Positions 12,299 to 26,188 of a stretch of 64,000 bases of DNA are shown here, piece by piece (position 1 is the first letter of the stretch; every line of letters starts with the position of its first letter). The notes beneath the pieces were generated by a model. That model was not told the origin of the DNA. It did not search any database and saw nothing but the letters and a program-made list of their open reading frames with translations. The position numbers and the translations under genes were made by a program. Origin of the DNA: Basidiobolus meristosporus CBS 931.73 (taxonomy: Eukaryota; Fungi; Basidiobolomycota); the NCBI GenBank assembly GCA_002104905.1, contig MCFE01000029.1, positions 1 through 64,000 of the forward strand. Reading direction: 5' to 3'.

Positions 12299-15200
12299 AT
12301 GCAGTCAGGAAGTTCTTCAAGTGAACTCTCAAATGCATTGACTCCAATTCTAGGCTTTGATGTTGTCTCTCAGCTGAATCTATCCAGTCTTTGGAAAGAG
12401 GCTGAAGGAGATTTGAATCTCGCCATAAATAAGTATTTTGAGAACCCTGATCTTTACAAAAGCTCGAGGAACGTTGCCGAGCTCTCGGAACAAGCTGTGG
12501 CTGAAGATGCCAATAACCCCACGAAACGCAAACTGCCTGTCTCCACCTCTCCACGTAAGAGGACCGAGCGTCACGACAATTGGCCAAAGTATATTGGAGA
12601 CATGATCTTAGTAGCCTTCTCAATGACTAAAGGAAAGAGTGTTTTTAAGGAAGGGGATATTGTGAACATTGAAAGGACAAAGCCCGCATTGGCCAAACCA
12701 AAAAGCTCCAAGAGAAAGTTTAATTTCGGCGCGAATTCAAGTAGAAATTCAAAAAACACCATCGTCAGACTTACAATGGGAGACCGAGAGGTTGGGAAAC
12801 TTCCCTCGGATACCAGCAAATTTATATCGAAGCTTTATGACTTGGGAATATGCTACATGGTCGGAAAGGTATGTCGGCGGTAAGTCACTTTTCCCGAAAC
12901 CGCAATTCTAATCGAAATATTCTCCCTCGCAACCACATCAAGATTATATCTGCGCCTGAAGATGTTCGCATGATGGATGATATTATAATGCAGCTAAAGA
13001 TTTATCTGACAAAGGATGTCTTGTCTGCACCCACTGTATCGGCGATGACCAATGATGATGAGGACTCGATGCTTAAAGAACGCAAATTTGCCATTCTATC
13101 ATTGTTCAAGGCCATATCGCTGCATCCAGTGGCAACACCCACAACAGCAGAAACCTCAGAGCTAGATTATGATAGCTTGATAGGAAGCATCGAACCACCA
13201 GCACCGAAAGACGCCAATTTCACGGAGGACGATCAGGCGAACAATGAGGATGAGGAAAAGCAAATATCTCAATCAGAAATGAATCTGCTTTACGAGAAAG
13301 CCCAGCGGGCAGATGCCCAGTTGGATGAGAAAGAACCTTCACCTGGAATGAACGTGGAATTAAGGGGATACCAGAAGCAAGTGAGTTTTTGCTGCTTTAC
13401 TTCCACCAATACTTCATGCTTACCATTCCTCACTAGGCTCTATCATGGATGATGGCTAAAGAAAATTCATATGCTGACAACAAAACGCTATCCTTGCTGT
13501 GGCACACATATCGATTTCCCCAGGAGAATGAGGATTCTAACACAGAGGATAGTGAGAGCTTTTATTTAAACCCCTATACGGGAGAGCTCAGCTTGGACTT
13601 GCCCACACTTGATCAATCTTACAGAGGAGGAATATTGGCTGATGAGATGGGACTTGGCAAAACCTTAGAGACGCTTTCTTTAATCCATAGCAATCGCTAC
13701 GCCGAGCCCGAGGAGCTCTCTGAAGAGCACAACAAACCGGCCCGAAATCTCTTCCATCTACTGAAGGCCAAAGATTCAGTCAACTCCATGGACAAAGCCA
13801 AACTACCATTCACCTCCGCAACTCTAGTTGTGTGCCCGATGAGCCTTTTATCCCAATGGCGAGACGAGATCACCCATGCATTTCAACCGGGCGCGCTGAG
13901 GTGCAAAGTTTATTATGGAGGTGATCGAGCAAGAGACCACACAGAGCTTTGTAACGACACAGATATTGTGCTGACTACCTATGGCACCTTGTCTGCCGAG
14001 TATGATGGTAGCTCTCAGAAATCATCCGATGCGGAAGGAACAAAGCCTTCCGCTAAAAAAAGATCAAGTCTATACGGAGTAGAGTGGTATAGAGTAGTTC
14101 TGGTTAGTTACCTGAATAACCTTGACTCGCACGCAAACCTTGTATTCAATGCGAAGCATCTTAGGATGAAGCCCACATGATCAAATCCAAAGCCACCCTA
14201 ACGGCAAAAGCCTGCTACGGCTTGTCAGCGAAACGCCGATGGGCTATCACGGTTAGTATTATGTTCAACGCAGCCTCTCGTCGGAAAGCCAAAACTAAGA
14301 TGCCCTTTTAGGGGACTCCGATCCAAAACAAACTAGAGGACTTATTCAGCCTGGTCCGGTTTCTTCGCTTTGAACCTTGGTGTTACTATTCCTTCTGGCG
14401 ACAATTCATCAGCATCCCATTTGAGAAAAAGGATGTCAACGCCTTGAGTGTTGTTCAGTCGATTTTAGAGCCACTTGTACTTAGACGGCAAAAATCAACG
14501 CTAGGGACAGACGGGAAGCCAATTGTAGAATTGCCAGAGAAAGAGGTCAACATTGAGTACATTGACTTTTCTCCTCAAGAGCAGGATATCTACAATAGGT
14601 ACGAGCAAAATTGGTGGACCTAACCTTGATCGCATTTCCCAACTTACTCATTCCCCCCCCCCACAGCCTATACAACAACTCGAAAACCAAATTCAACCAT
14701 TTTTGCGCTGCTGGCACAGTTCTGAGCAATTATGCACACATTTTTCAGGTAATGCAGTCAAAGGTAGTGTTTCAAGGTATCACGCAACTGACCGCGTCCA
14801 CAGTTACTTACGCGGCTTCGCCAAGTATGTGATCACCCACTTCTTGCAATTGGTGGTCTTAAGAACACCAGCACACAAGTTGGCGATAGCTCGCCTGATC
14901 TGGATCAGCTCATCGCCAAATTTAGCAACAACTCCGACACCAGGGACGGAGACGCAGACGGAGACGGCTATGTAAATCAAGTGATACACAACCTTTTAAA
15001 CGAAAATCCAGCCAACAATCCAACATCAAACGAATGTCCAATTTGTATCGATGCAATGGCTGAGCCAGTACTGTTTCCATGCATGCATATGTCTTGTTAT
15101 TCCTGTATTATAGATTATCTGCAGAGCAAAGAGGAAAGAGGAGAACAAGGGGAATGCCCGATTTGTAGGAGGAAGCTGTCGGAAAGTGAGTTTTTGGAGA

Positions 15201-15863
15201 TCATCAAACAGCCTGCTGGCGAAGAGAACGGCCACCCGTCCAACTCGCAAAGCATTCGTGTCCGCAGACAATTCAAGAGCTCAACCAAATTGAACAGGCT
15301 CATCGAGCATTTGTCTATGCTCCGCCATTCGGATCCAGATGTGAAATCCGTCATTTTCTCCCAGTTCACCACAATGTTGGATATGTGCGAAGTGGTCCTC
15401 GCCGACAGCGGCTTCAAATTCGTGAGGCTGGACGGGACGATGTCGCAGCTTTCACGTGAGAAAACCCTGTCATCCTTCAATTCTGATCAGGGCATCACAG
15501 TGATGTTGGCATCCTTGAGGTCTGCAGGGGTTGGGCTGAACCTTACTGCGGCCTCCAGGGTGTTTATGCTAGAGTAAGATATATAGTTTACTGGTTAGCC
15601 ACACCCGCAGCAACTTACGGTATTTTGATTTCTGTAGTCCATGGTGGAACGCACCGGTTGAAGCTCAGACGATTGACCGGGTGCATCGGATTGGGCAGAG
15701 GAAGCGAGTAGTGGTCACTAGATTTATCGTCCGTGGGACTGTTGAAGAGAAGATGCTCAAGATTCAGGAACGAAAAGCGCTGCTTACGAGCACGGCCCTT
15801 GGAATGTCTAAAGACGAGGCCAAGCAGCATCGTTTGGACGACTTACGAGTGCTATTCACCTAG
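12299..15863 (+). CDS. RAD5: Rad5/HLTF-like SNF2 helicase and E3 ligase (HIRAN, SNF2 ATPase, RING, helicase C); multi-exon
   Basis: HIRAN-like region, [45 protein letters not shown], a C3HC4 RING ([18 protein letters not shown]), VIFSQF, GVGLNLT and RMHRIGQ-type motif VI. Canonical introns join these in frame. Confidence 0.93.
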
Positions 15864-17474
15864 TTAGATGGTCATCCCCTCCGCAGAAAAGCCTAAACCG
15901 ACACCAGCCCACCGCGCCGTTGAATAACGAACCCTCAATGTTGCGTGGTCCTTGACATTGACCTAATAAACCTCTATCTAGATGAACGATCCATGATCAT
16001 ATGAAATTTGGCCAGGTGAAGGCGATGGAAAAACATGGAATTCACGGGATTTACAGAATTTATTCCTATCTTTCCATCCATTTACCCGGCTCTCTGATAA
16101 GCCCTAAAACAATCGTGCCAGTTTAGTCCCAGATAACCTTGATCGCATCATTTCGGCAGGAGAAGCCAAGCTCATCGGTCACCAAAGCTTACAAATGCTT
16201 GCTTGGTAATGGCAGCAGCCACCCGGCCGCAGCCAGCGATGGGTTTCCTGCGGCAAAGTGCCCATATGTGGAGCTTTTCTAATGGCCGTGTGATGAGCCT
16301 TCCGCACACTGGCGATACATGCTCTGCCACCGCAGTGTTCTACGTGGAATTAGCCAAGAGCACTGTAGAGCATTGTCGCATCCCAATCCATTAACGCCAA
16401 AATAGTAGCAAAATCTTCCAGAATCATCGATCGAGCGGTGCATCACGGGACCAGACAGAGCAGTGTGCATCATTTGGTCGAATTCGATTAGTCAATGCTG
16501 GCTTGGACATTCGCGGCCATGAACATATTTGGATCAGGAGCGTATATTTGTCCTTCAAATCAAAAATACTGCACTTCTACCTCGGTTCAGATTTTCCTTG
16601 GATTAGGGTTATCAAATCATGGGTTGTATCTACCCAAGTGCTACGTCATGATTGGATATATCTATTTAGGTTAGAACATTTGGCTCTCTTATCTGTTGCA
16701 CTTCTGCTTACGATTCGCCTAGTGTAACGCGCTGGTGATGCTTTTCGCCGCTGGCAACGGTGTTTTAGCCAAAATGGAGGCGCTGCTCATCTGGCGAAGC
16801 CAGGAATGCCATCTTGATTGGCTACTCGATGCCTCCAACACCGCCGAGCATGACTGACAGTGTCTGCTGGAGCGCTGCCTCTGCAATCCATCGTACGCTC
16901 TGGTCAGTTGCGGTGGTTTGTATGTGCCCCGCACTCAACTGCGTCTATTTGTTTTGGATGAATTTACCATAGTCTGCAACAATGTGGTTGATTTGTAAGA
17001 AAATGACATTATTTCCACCGATTTACGGGCCTTGGATATAATAAAATCCATGATTCCCTGAATCAGAGATTGTTTGAGGATTTCTATTTTCAATTTTTTG
17101 GATGCTGATCTTACGTTGACGAGACCAAAATTGGTCATTTGTGTGAACGCTGACAGGAACTCAGCCCTAGACCAATCCTTTCATTTACAGTCCAATCAAG
17201 TTTTCGATTTGCATGATTAGGGAATTTATATGGACGATATATAAGCTCCTCCCTTTGCTGATTTCATTTTCATTTTCTCTTTTGTTTGGATTCCTTTTTG
17301 TTTTTGTTCACCTTTCCGTGACGCCATCGTAATAGACATTCCTACTACTAATCGAGTTATCAGTTCGCGTCTCATTTCACCAGATCGTACCCAGTCTATT
17401 CGCCACCTTGATCCTCAAGCCCACCACACTTGCCCACCCTCCGTCAACCCTTCCCCTCCCGTTTGACAAATAAC

Positions 17475-18886
17475 ATGGAACCACTTGTGATTACAAACGA
17501 AAAGAATCTGTTCGACTCCTCAAGATACAGTTCGATCAAATTGATATCTTCACTCGACCCCATGAGCTGTTCAAGCGCGTAAGTCTCTGTTATTGCGGTG
17601 TCTGTGTCTGTGTTCACGCTCTGAATAACCCAACCTCCCTTTGTAGTGACATACTGGATAGCTTTGAGAAGTCCAGGAAGCAGTGCATATCGTCTTTATT
17701 TGAACCCGCGTCACCACACAACATTGTCCACACACACCTAGGCAGCTGCACAATAATGATCGGGCCTCACGTATATGCCGGCAGCCAATTCTACAAAGTT
17801 CGTGCCCAAGCGGGCGTGGATTCAAATAATCGCAGCTTTGACAGCCACACCTCCGCTCGCACCAAGGACGTGACCCAAGTCTCCACACCACCCACCTCCC
17901 CGATATCCCCCACCAACGAGAAGTTTGACATCATATTCGAGCTGCAGGACAACCAGGGATCCAAGTGGCTGTTCCCAAGGGATGTCAAGCTCAAGACGCA
18001 GTCTCTGAAGGAGCCATATCAGGTACCTCGTTAGCTCACGGCTTGGTTTATTTCTTCATCTATATTGACATCACCATTCTAGGTTTCGGTCACCTTTCCG
18101 CAGCAGTCCGCCCATACCCTACCTGCCTCAGCTTATCAACAGATGAATCAATCGTTCGTTGTCTACATTTTTGGCGTACCAAAAGAGTTGTGGGCTGAGC
18201 TACAGCTAGCTTTGATCGATTTTTATGCTGATGAAGAGTATGAAACCTACCATGATCGCACCAAATTCATGTACAAACCTCTCAAAAGCCCAGAAATCAC
18301 CAAGCACAGCTACGACAGGTATTACAGCCTCTCGCAATCCGATTCCGACCAGTACGACTCCGATTTTGCAAGCGATCCCTGGGGCTCAGCCCCCCGTGCT
18401 CGTAAATATCAGAAAACCCACTCCAGTCCAGCAGGTAACTTCCCTCGTCCCGCCCGATGTCAAGGAGCCCGTGCTAACCCCCACGCCTTGCCTGTAGACA
18501 AAACACCTACCAAGACACCGATTGTCTCGAAGCGTGCGAACATCTCTGCCCCCACCGGTGGTGGTGCCAACGTGAAGAAGTGCGCGTACTGTGGCTGTAA
18601 AAGTACACCGATGTGGCGTAGAGGTCCAGCGGGTCCTGGGACACTGTGTAACGCGTGTGGTGTGAAATGGAAGCATGGAAAGATTTTGCAGGACGAAAGC
18701 GTCAAGTATGAGAAAGCAGTCTCTCGTGAAAAGGCTGGTGGGTCCAAGGACTCTTCGTCCTTGAAAAAAACTCCAGTAGTGCTGATCGACTCTCGGTTAA
18801 CCCGCGACACCACCCCTGCCTCTTCCATAGCCGATGAGGAGGATGGGCTTGATGGGGAATCGATTGCTCAGCTGATCACTTCTTAA
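17475..18886 (+). CDS. GATA zinc-finger transcription factor (single C-x2-C-x18-C-x2-C finger). Exons 17475-17578, 17647-18022, 18083-18886
   Basis: [30 protein letters not shown]. Two GT-AG introns give one continuous frame from ATG 17475. Confidence 0.85.
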
Positions 18887-20697
18887 TGCCACTGTCAGTG
18901 TGGTTTATATTATATTGTTTGTAGTGTATAGTTAGTACTTTACTCTCGTTATCACTCAAGTTGTTCTATCAGTCATATGCCACGCCCCCTTGAACTACCA
19001 CGTATATATTTATAAGCTAGTTAGTAGTAATACGCGTATGTAGTCTGTACTTCACCTATGTAATATCAAAACCCCCAAAAAGATCCATGTATTTTAGCTG
19101 TTATAGACACTCACACCATCTAAATGTAATCATTGCTCACCAACACGAAACACTCATATATTGGTTACAAGGTTTACAGCAGCGGTTGTCTTCTGATCAG
19201 TTCATGAATGGCTCCAGCAGGTTAATTTAAATGTTCCATTGGCACATCAAGGCCATGGGGGTGTTATTTATACACGCTAGAGAGCGGCCACTTTATTGAG
19301 TCGAGATCCAGCTGTTTATGGCTCATCACTGCATATATTGGAGTCTCATGTGCGGTATCTGCTCCACCATGTGATAGTCCCTATCCTCGCCAGGAAAGAG
19401 GGGCCAACGTTTGGTTAGATGGGGCGTAGACACCCAAGGGTCAGGGAGGGATGCGAGGCCTAGTGCCATAGGGGGAGCCATGGCCAGGTAAGCGGTCAGA
19501 GGGATGCAGGTAGAATAAGCTTTCCACGGTTAAAGTTGAGCGTATCAGATGAGACGCCCTGAAATATCCATACTGGATCGCCTTTCTGCTCATATGGGAC
19601 CATCTTTTGACAGCAGCAATCCTACAGAAGCCGTCTGGACCACAGCATGAACCTCTCCGGGCAACGAGGAAGAGTGCCTAGGTTTGTCGAAGGATGCGGA
19701 AATTGCCTGTGGTGGACGACGTCATTGTCTAGATTCACGAGCGTAGAGGATGGGGTCGCTGTAATGGACCCCTGTGGCGGTTGTTACTGAAGACTATCAT
19801 CGCTGTGTCTCAATGGGTGCTGACCGATATGCTCAGCAGCCGGGTGGGAATTGCCAGTCGAGCCTACTGATGGATGTCGTCAGGACAACACCATGGGATT
19901 CCAAATGCGGGCATAGCCCTCTACGTAATTCGTAATTCGTAATTCGTATGATTCCATCTGCAGTCCTCTTTTCCACGCGATTTTTAGCAAGTGGCCACAG
20001 AGAAGGCGATGCCATACAACAGAGTTATTCACACTGTGTGCGATGTTGATGGATCCCATCTGCCGCCTACCGTTGGGAACGTAGGGCGCCCCAATATTCA
20101 GGCCACCTATCCGCGGCGTACAGCCGATCGCATTTGGCATAATCCGTCATACGCACGCGTCGTGTCGATGGGGAGTCTGAAGTGGGTCAGCTCACACAGA
20201 CAGTCGGCAGTAGGGTCGAACCAAGCAAGATGTCTGATCGCTGGAGGGGATGCTGCCTACAGGCTGATCGTCTTGCCGTGCCAACCAACTTTGGGATCGC
20301 ACTCTGATCACTTGATTCAGTCTTAGGGAGGTCGATCCTACGCGCAGCATTAATCAGAGTTGTATCGCAGTAGGTTCTCACCCTTGGGTTTGTTCCAGAT
20401 AGTGTATCACCTCGAATGGTGACCGAGTCATCCAACTCCCACGCTCATTGGCTGTTGACACCCAGCCCCAATGACAACTACCAAATGATGAAGCATGGTT
20501 TCAGGAGTGGTGTTGAGTCATGATGCTGATGGCCACGTCATGGTGCCAAGTGGGCCAGCAAAAAAATGGTCTGCTGCCGTCGCGGCCACTGCAACCGCTA
20601 CTGCCTCTGCACTGGGCTCCGATTCCGACTGTGTTTCATGTATGATGAGTTTATTGAGAATTAATGACTATGCGAAAATGGGAATCAATCAAACAAG

Positions 20698-21156
20698 TTA
20701 ATGCTCGCAGTGGGCCTTGTATGCCTCCTCGTCCATCAAGCCGTCCAACTCGGCTGGGTCGGCGAGCTTAATCTTGCAAATCCAGCCTTGATCTTCAGGA
20801 GAGCTGTTAATCAAGCCAGGCTCGGATTCCAAAGCGCTGTTGGATTCGACGATCTCTCCGGCGAGGGGGGAGTAGATGTCTGATGCGGCCTTGACGGACT
20901 CGACAGCGCCGATTTGAGCGTGGGCCTCAACAGTGGATCCAGCTTCAGGAATGTCAACGAAGACAACGTCACCCAAGGCCTTTTGGGCGTAATCAGTGAC
21001 TCCTACAGTACCAACACCATCGGTGACGGAGACCCACTCGTGGTCGTCGGTGTACTTCTTGATGGTGGAGTAGTAGGCGGCTCTGTAGATGGGGGAGGCT
21101 CTAACAGAGGCGGTGTAGTTACGGAAAAGGGAGGAGGAGAAGGCACGGAGAGACAT
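20698..21156 (-). CDS. GCV3: Mitochondrial glycine cleavage system H protein; no intron
   Basis: Mitochondrial-type N-terminus, YTDDHEWV, GVTDYAQKALGDVVFV, the lipoyl-lysine motif ESVKAASDIYSP, and INSSPEDQGWICKIKL. Confidence 0.96.
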   Translation of the reverse strand: MSLRAFSSSLFRNYTASVRASPIYRAAYYSTIKKYTDDHEWVSVTDGVGTVGVTDYAQKALGDVVFVDIPEAGSTVEAHAQIGAVESVKAASDIYSPLAGEIVESNSALESEPGLINSSPEDQGWICKIKLADPAELDGLMDEEAYKAHCEH

Positions 21157-22530
21157 ATTGGAGAAGCTGAGGAGTTCCGTGAGAGCAGAGTCTGGTTTAA
21201 TAGTAGCCAACTTTTCACCCCAAATTTGGGTGGGCGAACCCTAGTCATTGAACTTCAAAATTGATTCCCTATTCCGTTGCTGTGATACGCGAGGTGGTGC
21301 TGGGTGGTCGAAGGTGATCTGATTATCTTGTACCTCTTGATTGAATAAGGAACTCGGCCACTCACCATTCCAGTGGCACTTCACTCAACCACCATCTAAT
21401 CTCTTCGGTGATTATCTCCACGGTGCAGCCATCCCCAGACCTTTCCCACTTATTCGAACCGCCGTCTACCTTTGTTGGTTCCATTTCAAACCTCGCTGCC
21501 AAGTATGGTTAGCTTGGGTGGACAGAATGCCTTTCGAAACGAATCAACATTGACACCATTTTCAGCCACAGCAACCCCATTGGCCTTGGTGATCCTCTCG
21601 CATGCTGTGGTCAACCTTGAGCGCTGTTGCAACTGACGTGCAGTAGCTTGGGGCCGAGTTGGGTTCCTTGGGCTTCTTCCCATTAGGATTGTCTGTAGGG
21701 TCGCAAGATCTGAATCCACTCACGAGGCTCAACCAAGATCAGATGGGCGCGGCAAGCCCGATTTTTGGGGGGACAGAGCTCAACCCTTGTATCCTAGGTG
21801 ATGGACCTACCAGCCTAACCCTCTATTGCGTGATTCCACCCGCACTGGCCTTCGCTCTTGTTTGTGTTTCTTGCTCCACAGCACACAACCCAAAATCCCC
21901 CACCTTCCCTTGGATTCTCTGCAAAGGCAGCACCCCATTTTGCCCCTCTATATCGACTCTGTAAAGAACCATAGTAATAAACCAAGCTGTTAAATCCTAG
22001 CCAGCGCATTGAGTGTTGCAAACTGTAGCCGAACACAACCTTAGTATGCAGAATGACTCATTAGGCGGGTATTCGTACTCTTAGTTTACCTACCTACATT
22101 TCCAAATACCACCAAGGGCACTGAGGTTAGGGATGGGTAGTTGTACCATCTTGACGCACAACGGTACTCTATTCGACTATCTAAGTTCATTGATCATAAG
22201 CAGCCGTGGTTCTGGGTTGCGAAACAGCATATGTTATAGTACTGTCCGTTGCAGTGGTGCACTGTGATTCCACATCTTTGTATTTTGTTTCAGTGGACGT
22301 TCTCAACCCTTTCTCCAAAGAAGAACCGTGCTTGGAAACATTCGAACACGAGCCTCCAACCAACGGTACAGTATGTACCGTGTGGTCTCAGGGAATGTCA
22401 ATAATATGGGCGAAATTGGGTGGATCCCTGCCCTGTATGATTCTGGGGAAAATTCATCCATCCATTGGATCCCATTTTTGTTCCTCGTTCACTCTGGCGC
22501 ACTTCACTATACCTACCACCGCTTGTTCCC

Positions 22531-24148
22531 ATGGCCGATCGGAAAGCAACCAACAAGTATTACCCACCTGACTGGGATCCTAGCAAAGTGAGTCGTAGAA
22601 CGGACCAGCCCTTCCGATTCCCACTCTAAGCTTTTTTCTTAAGGGGTCCATTAATAAATACCGGGGACAACATCCGCTACGCGAGCGAGCACGTAAACTA
22701 GACCAAGGGATCCTGATCGTCAGGTACATTCAACCAAACTTTCCTCCGTGTTCCGCCTCCTCAAACCCATCCAACCCGTTAGATTTGAGCTCCCCTTCAA
22801 CATATGGTGCGACGGTTGCGGAAAACACATCGGGGCAGGTAAGAATGGAACCCACCAACCGAGCCAACCCGCCGGTTTGCGGAAGCCAGGCCTAACCGGT
22901 TGACCCCCCTTCCCAGGTGTTCGCTACAATGCGGAAAAAAAGAAGGTTGGCAACTACTACTCCACGCCGATCTTAAGTTTTCGTATGCGCTGCCATCTGT
23001 GCAGCAGCTGGATAGAGATCCAAACCGATCCCAAGGTGAGTCCAGCTTTTGGGGAGCCGTTGGGCTCGGACCTTGCCGACTAAACCCCTTCCCCTTCTTG
23101 TAGAACTCGAGGTACGTGGTCACCAGCGGGGCCCGTCAAAAAGAGGAGACCTGGGATCCTGAGGAGAACGAAACCATCAAATTAAAAGGTAACCGGAGAG
23201 GGGTCCGGGCATGGTGATATACTTCTGTTCCGTATAGTGATTTTTTCGACGTCCCCGCAGACGAGAAAGAGGCGAGGAAGCTTTCGGAGAACGCCCTGTT
23301 TAAGCTGGAGCACGACGTGGAGGATAAGCGTAGGGCGGACGAATCGAAGACCGTGCTGAGCCGACTGCAGGTAACCCCTGATGGTTTGAGTGGCGATCAG
23401 CAGATAGTGTATGAACGCTTGTTTATGCTAGGATTTGAATGATAGACTCTGGGAGGATCCATACACGCCCAACCAACGGCTTCGCAAGACGTTCCGGGTA
23501 AGTAGACCAGCTGCTCATGTGACCCCCCCCCACACGGCCTTTCTAACCCCGCCCATAGCAAGAAAAGAAGAATCTGGCGGAAAAGAAGCGGGAAGCGGAC
23601 GAAATACGTGAGCGCAACTCCCTGTCGATCCCTTTGTTGGAAGAGGCCCAAGAAGATGTGATCGAGGCCAAGCTTACCGACTTCGCAGGTAACCTTAGAC
23701 ACTCGTGCTTCCACTTGCGAGCCGTATGCTGAACAGACGTTGACAGACCCCGTGTTGGCGGAGGCCAAACGTAGAAAGCTCGAAGTGGCAGCATCCTCGC
23801 TTTTCTCCCGGACCACGTCCGCGGAGACAAGACACCAATCCCCGTCCAGCAAGCTTGGGGCCATCCTTGCTCTCAATACGAAACTGAAAACGGACCCGTT
23901 CCTAAGAAGCGAAGAGAGACCGAACGCCGGGTCGGAGCCGTTGAAGAAAGCGATGGTGTGCATCCGTAAGGTAGCCACCACCGGCGACGGGGGCGATCTC
24001 GAGAGAGTCCACGCGGACCCATCACCAGGTAGATTCTCCCTTTCCCTGACCGTTTCATGCGATGTCGTGGTGACTTACGATGCACCGGAATCTAGGGGAT
24101 GGCTTGTCCGCGTTAGTGAATGATTACGGGGACGAGGAGTCCGACTAG
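22531..24148 (+). CDS. YJU2B: CWC16/YJU2-family splicing factor, CCDC130/YJU2B (Saf4)-like; multi-exon
   Basis: The spliced N-terminus MADRKATNKYYPPDWDP..HPLRERARKLDQGILIVRFELPFNIWCDGC..GVRYNAEKKKVGNYYSTPILSFRMRCHLC..IQTDP matches CCDC130. The stop is at 24146-24148. Confidence 0.9.
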
Positions 24149-25176
24149 GCCCTCACCCCTTTGGCTAACCAAGTGCCGTGCACATATGTACCGAGCGATC
24201 GCCATCGCCATCGCAAGCGCAAGCGCACCTCACCGCTCGGCAGGATCCCATTTTCTATTGGCAACAAACCCACCTTACTTCCACTCCCAAACCATGTCGG
24301 TGTGGTGACGAGGGACCAGAACGGGCTACTTGGATCATAGCGTCACCCGGGTCACCCTCTTCCCTCACCACCCCACCCTCACCCAGATATCCAACTGACA
24401 AGCAACTGCGTGAAACGCGCCTCTCGAACATTTCAGTGGTCATCCCGTGACCTGCGCCCAACGTCTCGCCATCCGAAGCCCAAGCCAAACCGGCTCTTCG
24501 GAGCCCAGTCCACCAACGGGAGAGACGGACTGGTGATTGTGAATCGAAATAAAAATCACTTTGGAACAGGAGTCGTATGTATCCACTATACGTAACGGGT
24601 ATTTTTGACTGGTGGCCTATTTTGGATCCGGGGCTGGCTAGTGTCATTTCGGCTGTGCCAGGTATGGCCAACCTCGAGAAACGTTGAATGTGCACAGCAG
24701 GGTTAGGCTCAGGGGGCAGGGTCCATTCGGAGGTCGCCCACGCTGAGGGGACCCGAAGGGTTGGCACGAGGCGGTTCGGGCTTTCCCTACGGTATGGGGC
24801 CGATCCCATGACAGCATGCCAGTCCCCTTCTCTCATCCATTCACCTGGAGTGATACGGTTTCGGTTCCGGTTCCGGTTCCGGCCACGGGGCCAATCCGTG
24901 GTGGGGGATTAAACAAACTCAACTGGTTGATTTAGGGAGTTTGTCGAGGTGGCCAGGTTTCCTAAAATTGGTCGGGCTTCACCCACGGAGTCGCCAACCA
25001 ACGATCCCCACTGAGACATGGTCGGTGGAGGGATCTGTTATTGGAGGGACGTGTTAGGGCGGAAAGATTGATTTATGGACGAAGCACATGTCTCCGGTGG
25101 CCTCGTAGCCTTGTTCATTGGTAGCGAAAGGTATTTAATCCTTCCACTCTCCTCTCCTCCCCTTCAACTCACCGCC

Positions 25177-26055
25177 ATGCTATTCCTAGTCAGGTCCGAC
25201 CTACTCTCCCTTCTGATTCTCCTCATCTCCCTTCACTGGTGTGTCGCCGAGCCGCCCCAGATCACCGACGCCCTCACAAATGTCCAGCTGTCGCGGAGTA
25301 CCGTGATGCCCGGGGATCCGCTGAAGATCACCTGGGACTTCAACCCCAAATACCGGAACACCATCAAATCCATCGAGGTTTGGCTTGGCCATTCCACCGG
25401 GATGGGTCATGGACCCTACAAAGCCATCAAGAAGTAAGTCCACTCCTCCTCCGTGCCCAGTCCCCCTCTTCTCTCTTCCCATTCTCCTCTCCTCTCCTCT
25501 CCTCCCCTCCGGCAAAGGCCCTCCTTTCACTAACGCTGATCCCCCATCCTCACCAGGAACATTTCCCCTCAGAGGGGCGCCACCAGCGTGGTGATCCCAA
25601 GTGTGGTTCGTATAGTTCCCCACTCACCGTATTCCCCACCAGACCGCCATCCTCTAATCCCGTCTCCACCCTTTCACCTTTTCAGCAACCTAGCGCCCAG
25701 GGTAACATCTGGTTCATCGATCTCGTCTGGAACAACCAAGGCTCCGCCACCGAGCTCCAACTGCTCCCCATCACCATTCGGTGAGTGGAGGGGGGGGGGA
25801 AGTGATGCTGAATTGGGCCTTTAGGAAACTCGACCGACCTCTAGCCGCGCCTCCCCCGCTCCCGCTTGGCCACCCCCCATGTTCCCTCGGCCCCCCACCT
25901 CTTCTTCCGTATAGCGGTGTGTGTGTACGTGGGCTTGTTTGTAAGGTAGGCAAGTTCCCTCACCCCTCAATCCCCTTTCTTACCCTCATCCCCTTCACAG
26001 CCAGGTCCACGCCCACGCCCACGCCTCTCCGATCGTTTACCCAGAATCGAAATAA
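25177..26055 (+). CDS. Small secreted protein of unknown function (about 140 aa, possibly Kre9/Ser-Thr-GPI-family N-terminal beta domain); four exons
   Basis: ACCGCCATG start context, signal peptide MLFLVRSDLLSLLILLISLHWCVA, PGDPLKITW motif. Three GT-AG introns keep the frame to TAA at 26053-26055. Confidence 0.65.
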
Positions 26056-26155
26056 ATCCAAATTTCCGGTGTACCGTTTCCATTCTTTACCAAAGCCCCG
26101 TCCCCGGGACCTTAAGGAGCCAAGCCCGGTACGAGTGGCCATGACGGCATGCAAG

Positions 26156-26188
26156 GTGTGCGTGTGCGCGCGCGCGCGTGTGTGTGTG
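26156..26188. repeat. Alternating purine-pyrimidine tract (GT/GC)n containing (CG)6
   Basis: gtgtgcgtgtgcgcgcgcgcgcgtgtgtgtgtg read directly from the sequence. Confidence 0.9.

Noticed and set aside
16719-17138. Two in-frame minus-strand ORFs separated by a single TGA (readthrough or selenocysteine?)
   Set aside because: No homology recognised and no SECIS-like evidence. Chance or a decayed gene is more likely.
19200-20450. GC-rich interval with several 60-110 aa ORFs and a (TAATTCG)3 repeat
   Set aside because: No recognisable domain or convincing exon chain.
21530-22130. Possible small Cys-containing gene on the minus strand (MGCCLC.. or ..WVVCCGA..WGCCG)
   Set aside because: Joining the pieces needs introns of 26-31 nt, far shorter than the roughly 50-80 nt introns in verified genes here. 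RNA-seq would settle it.
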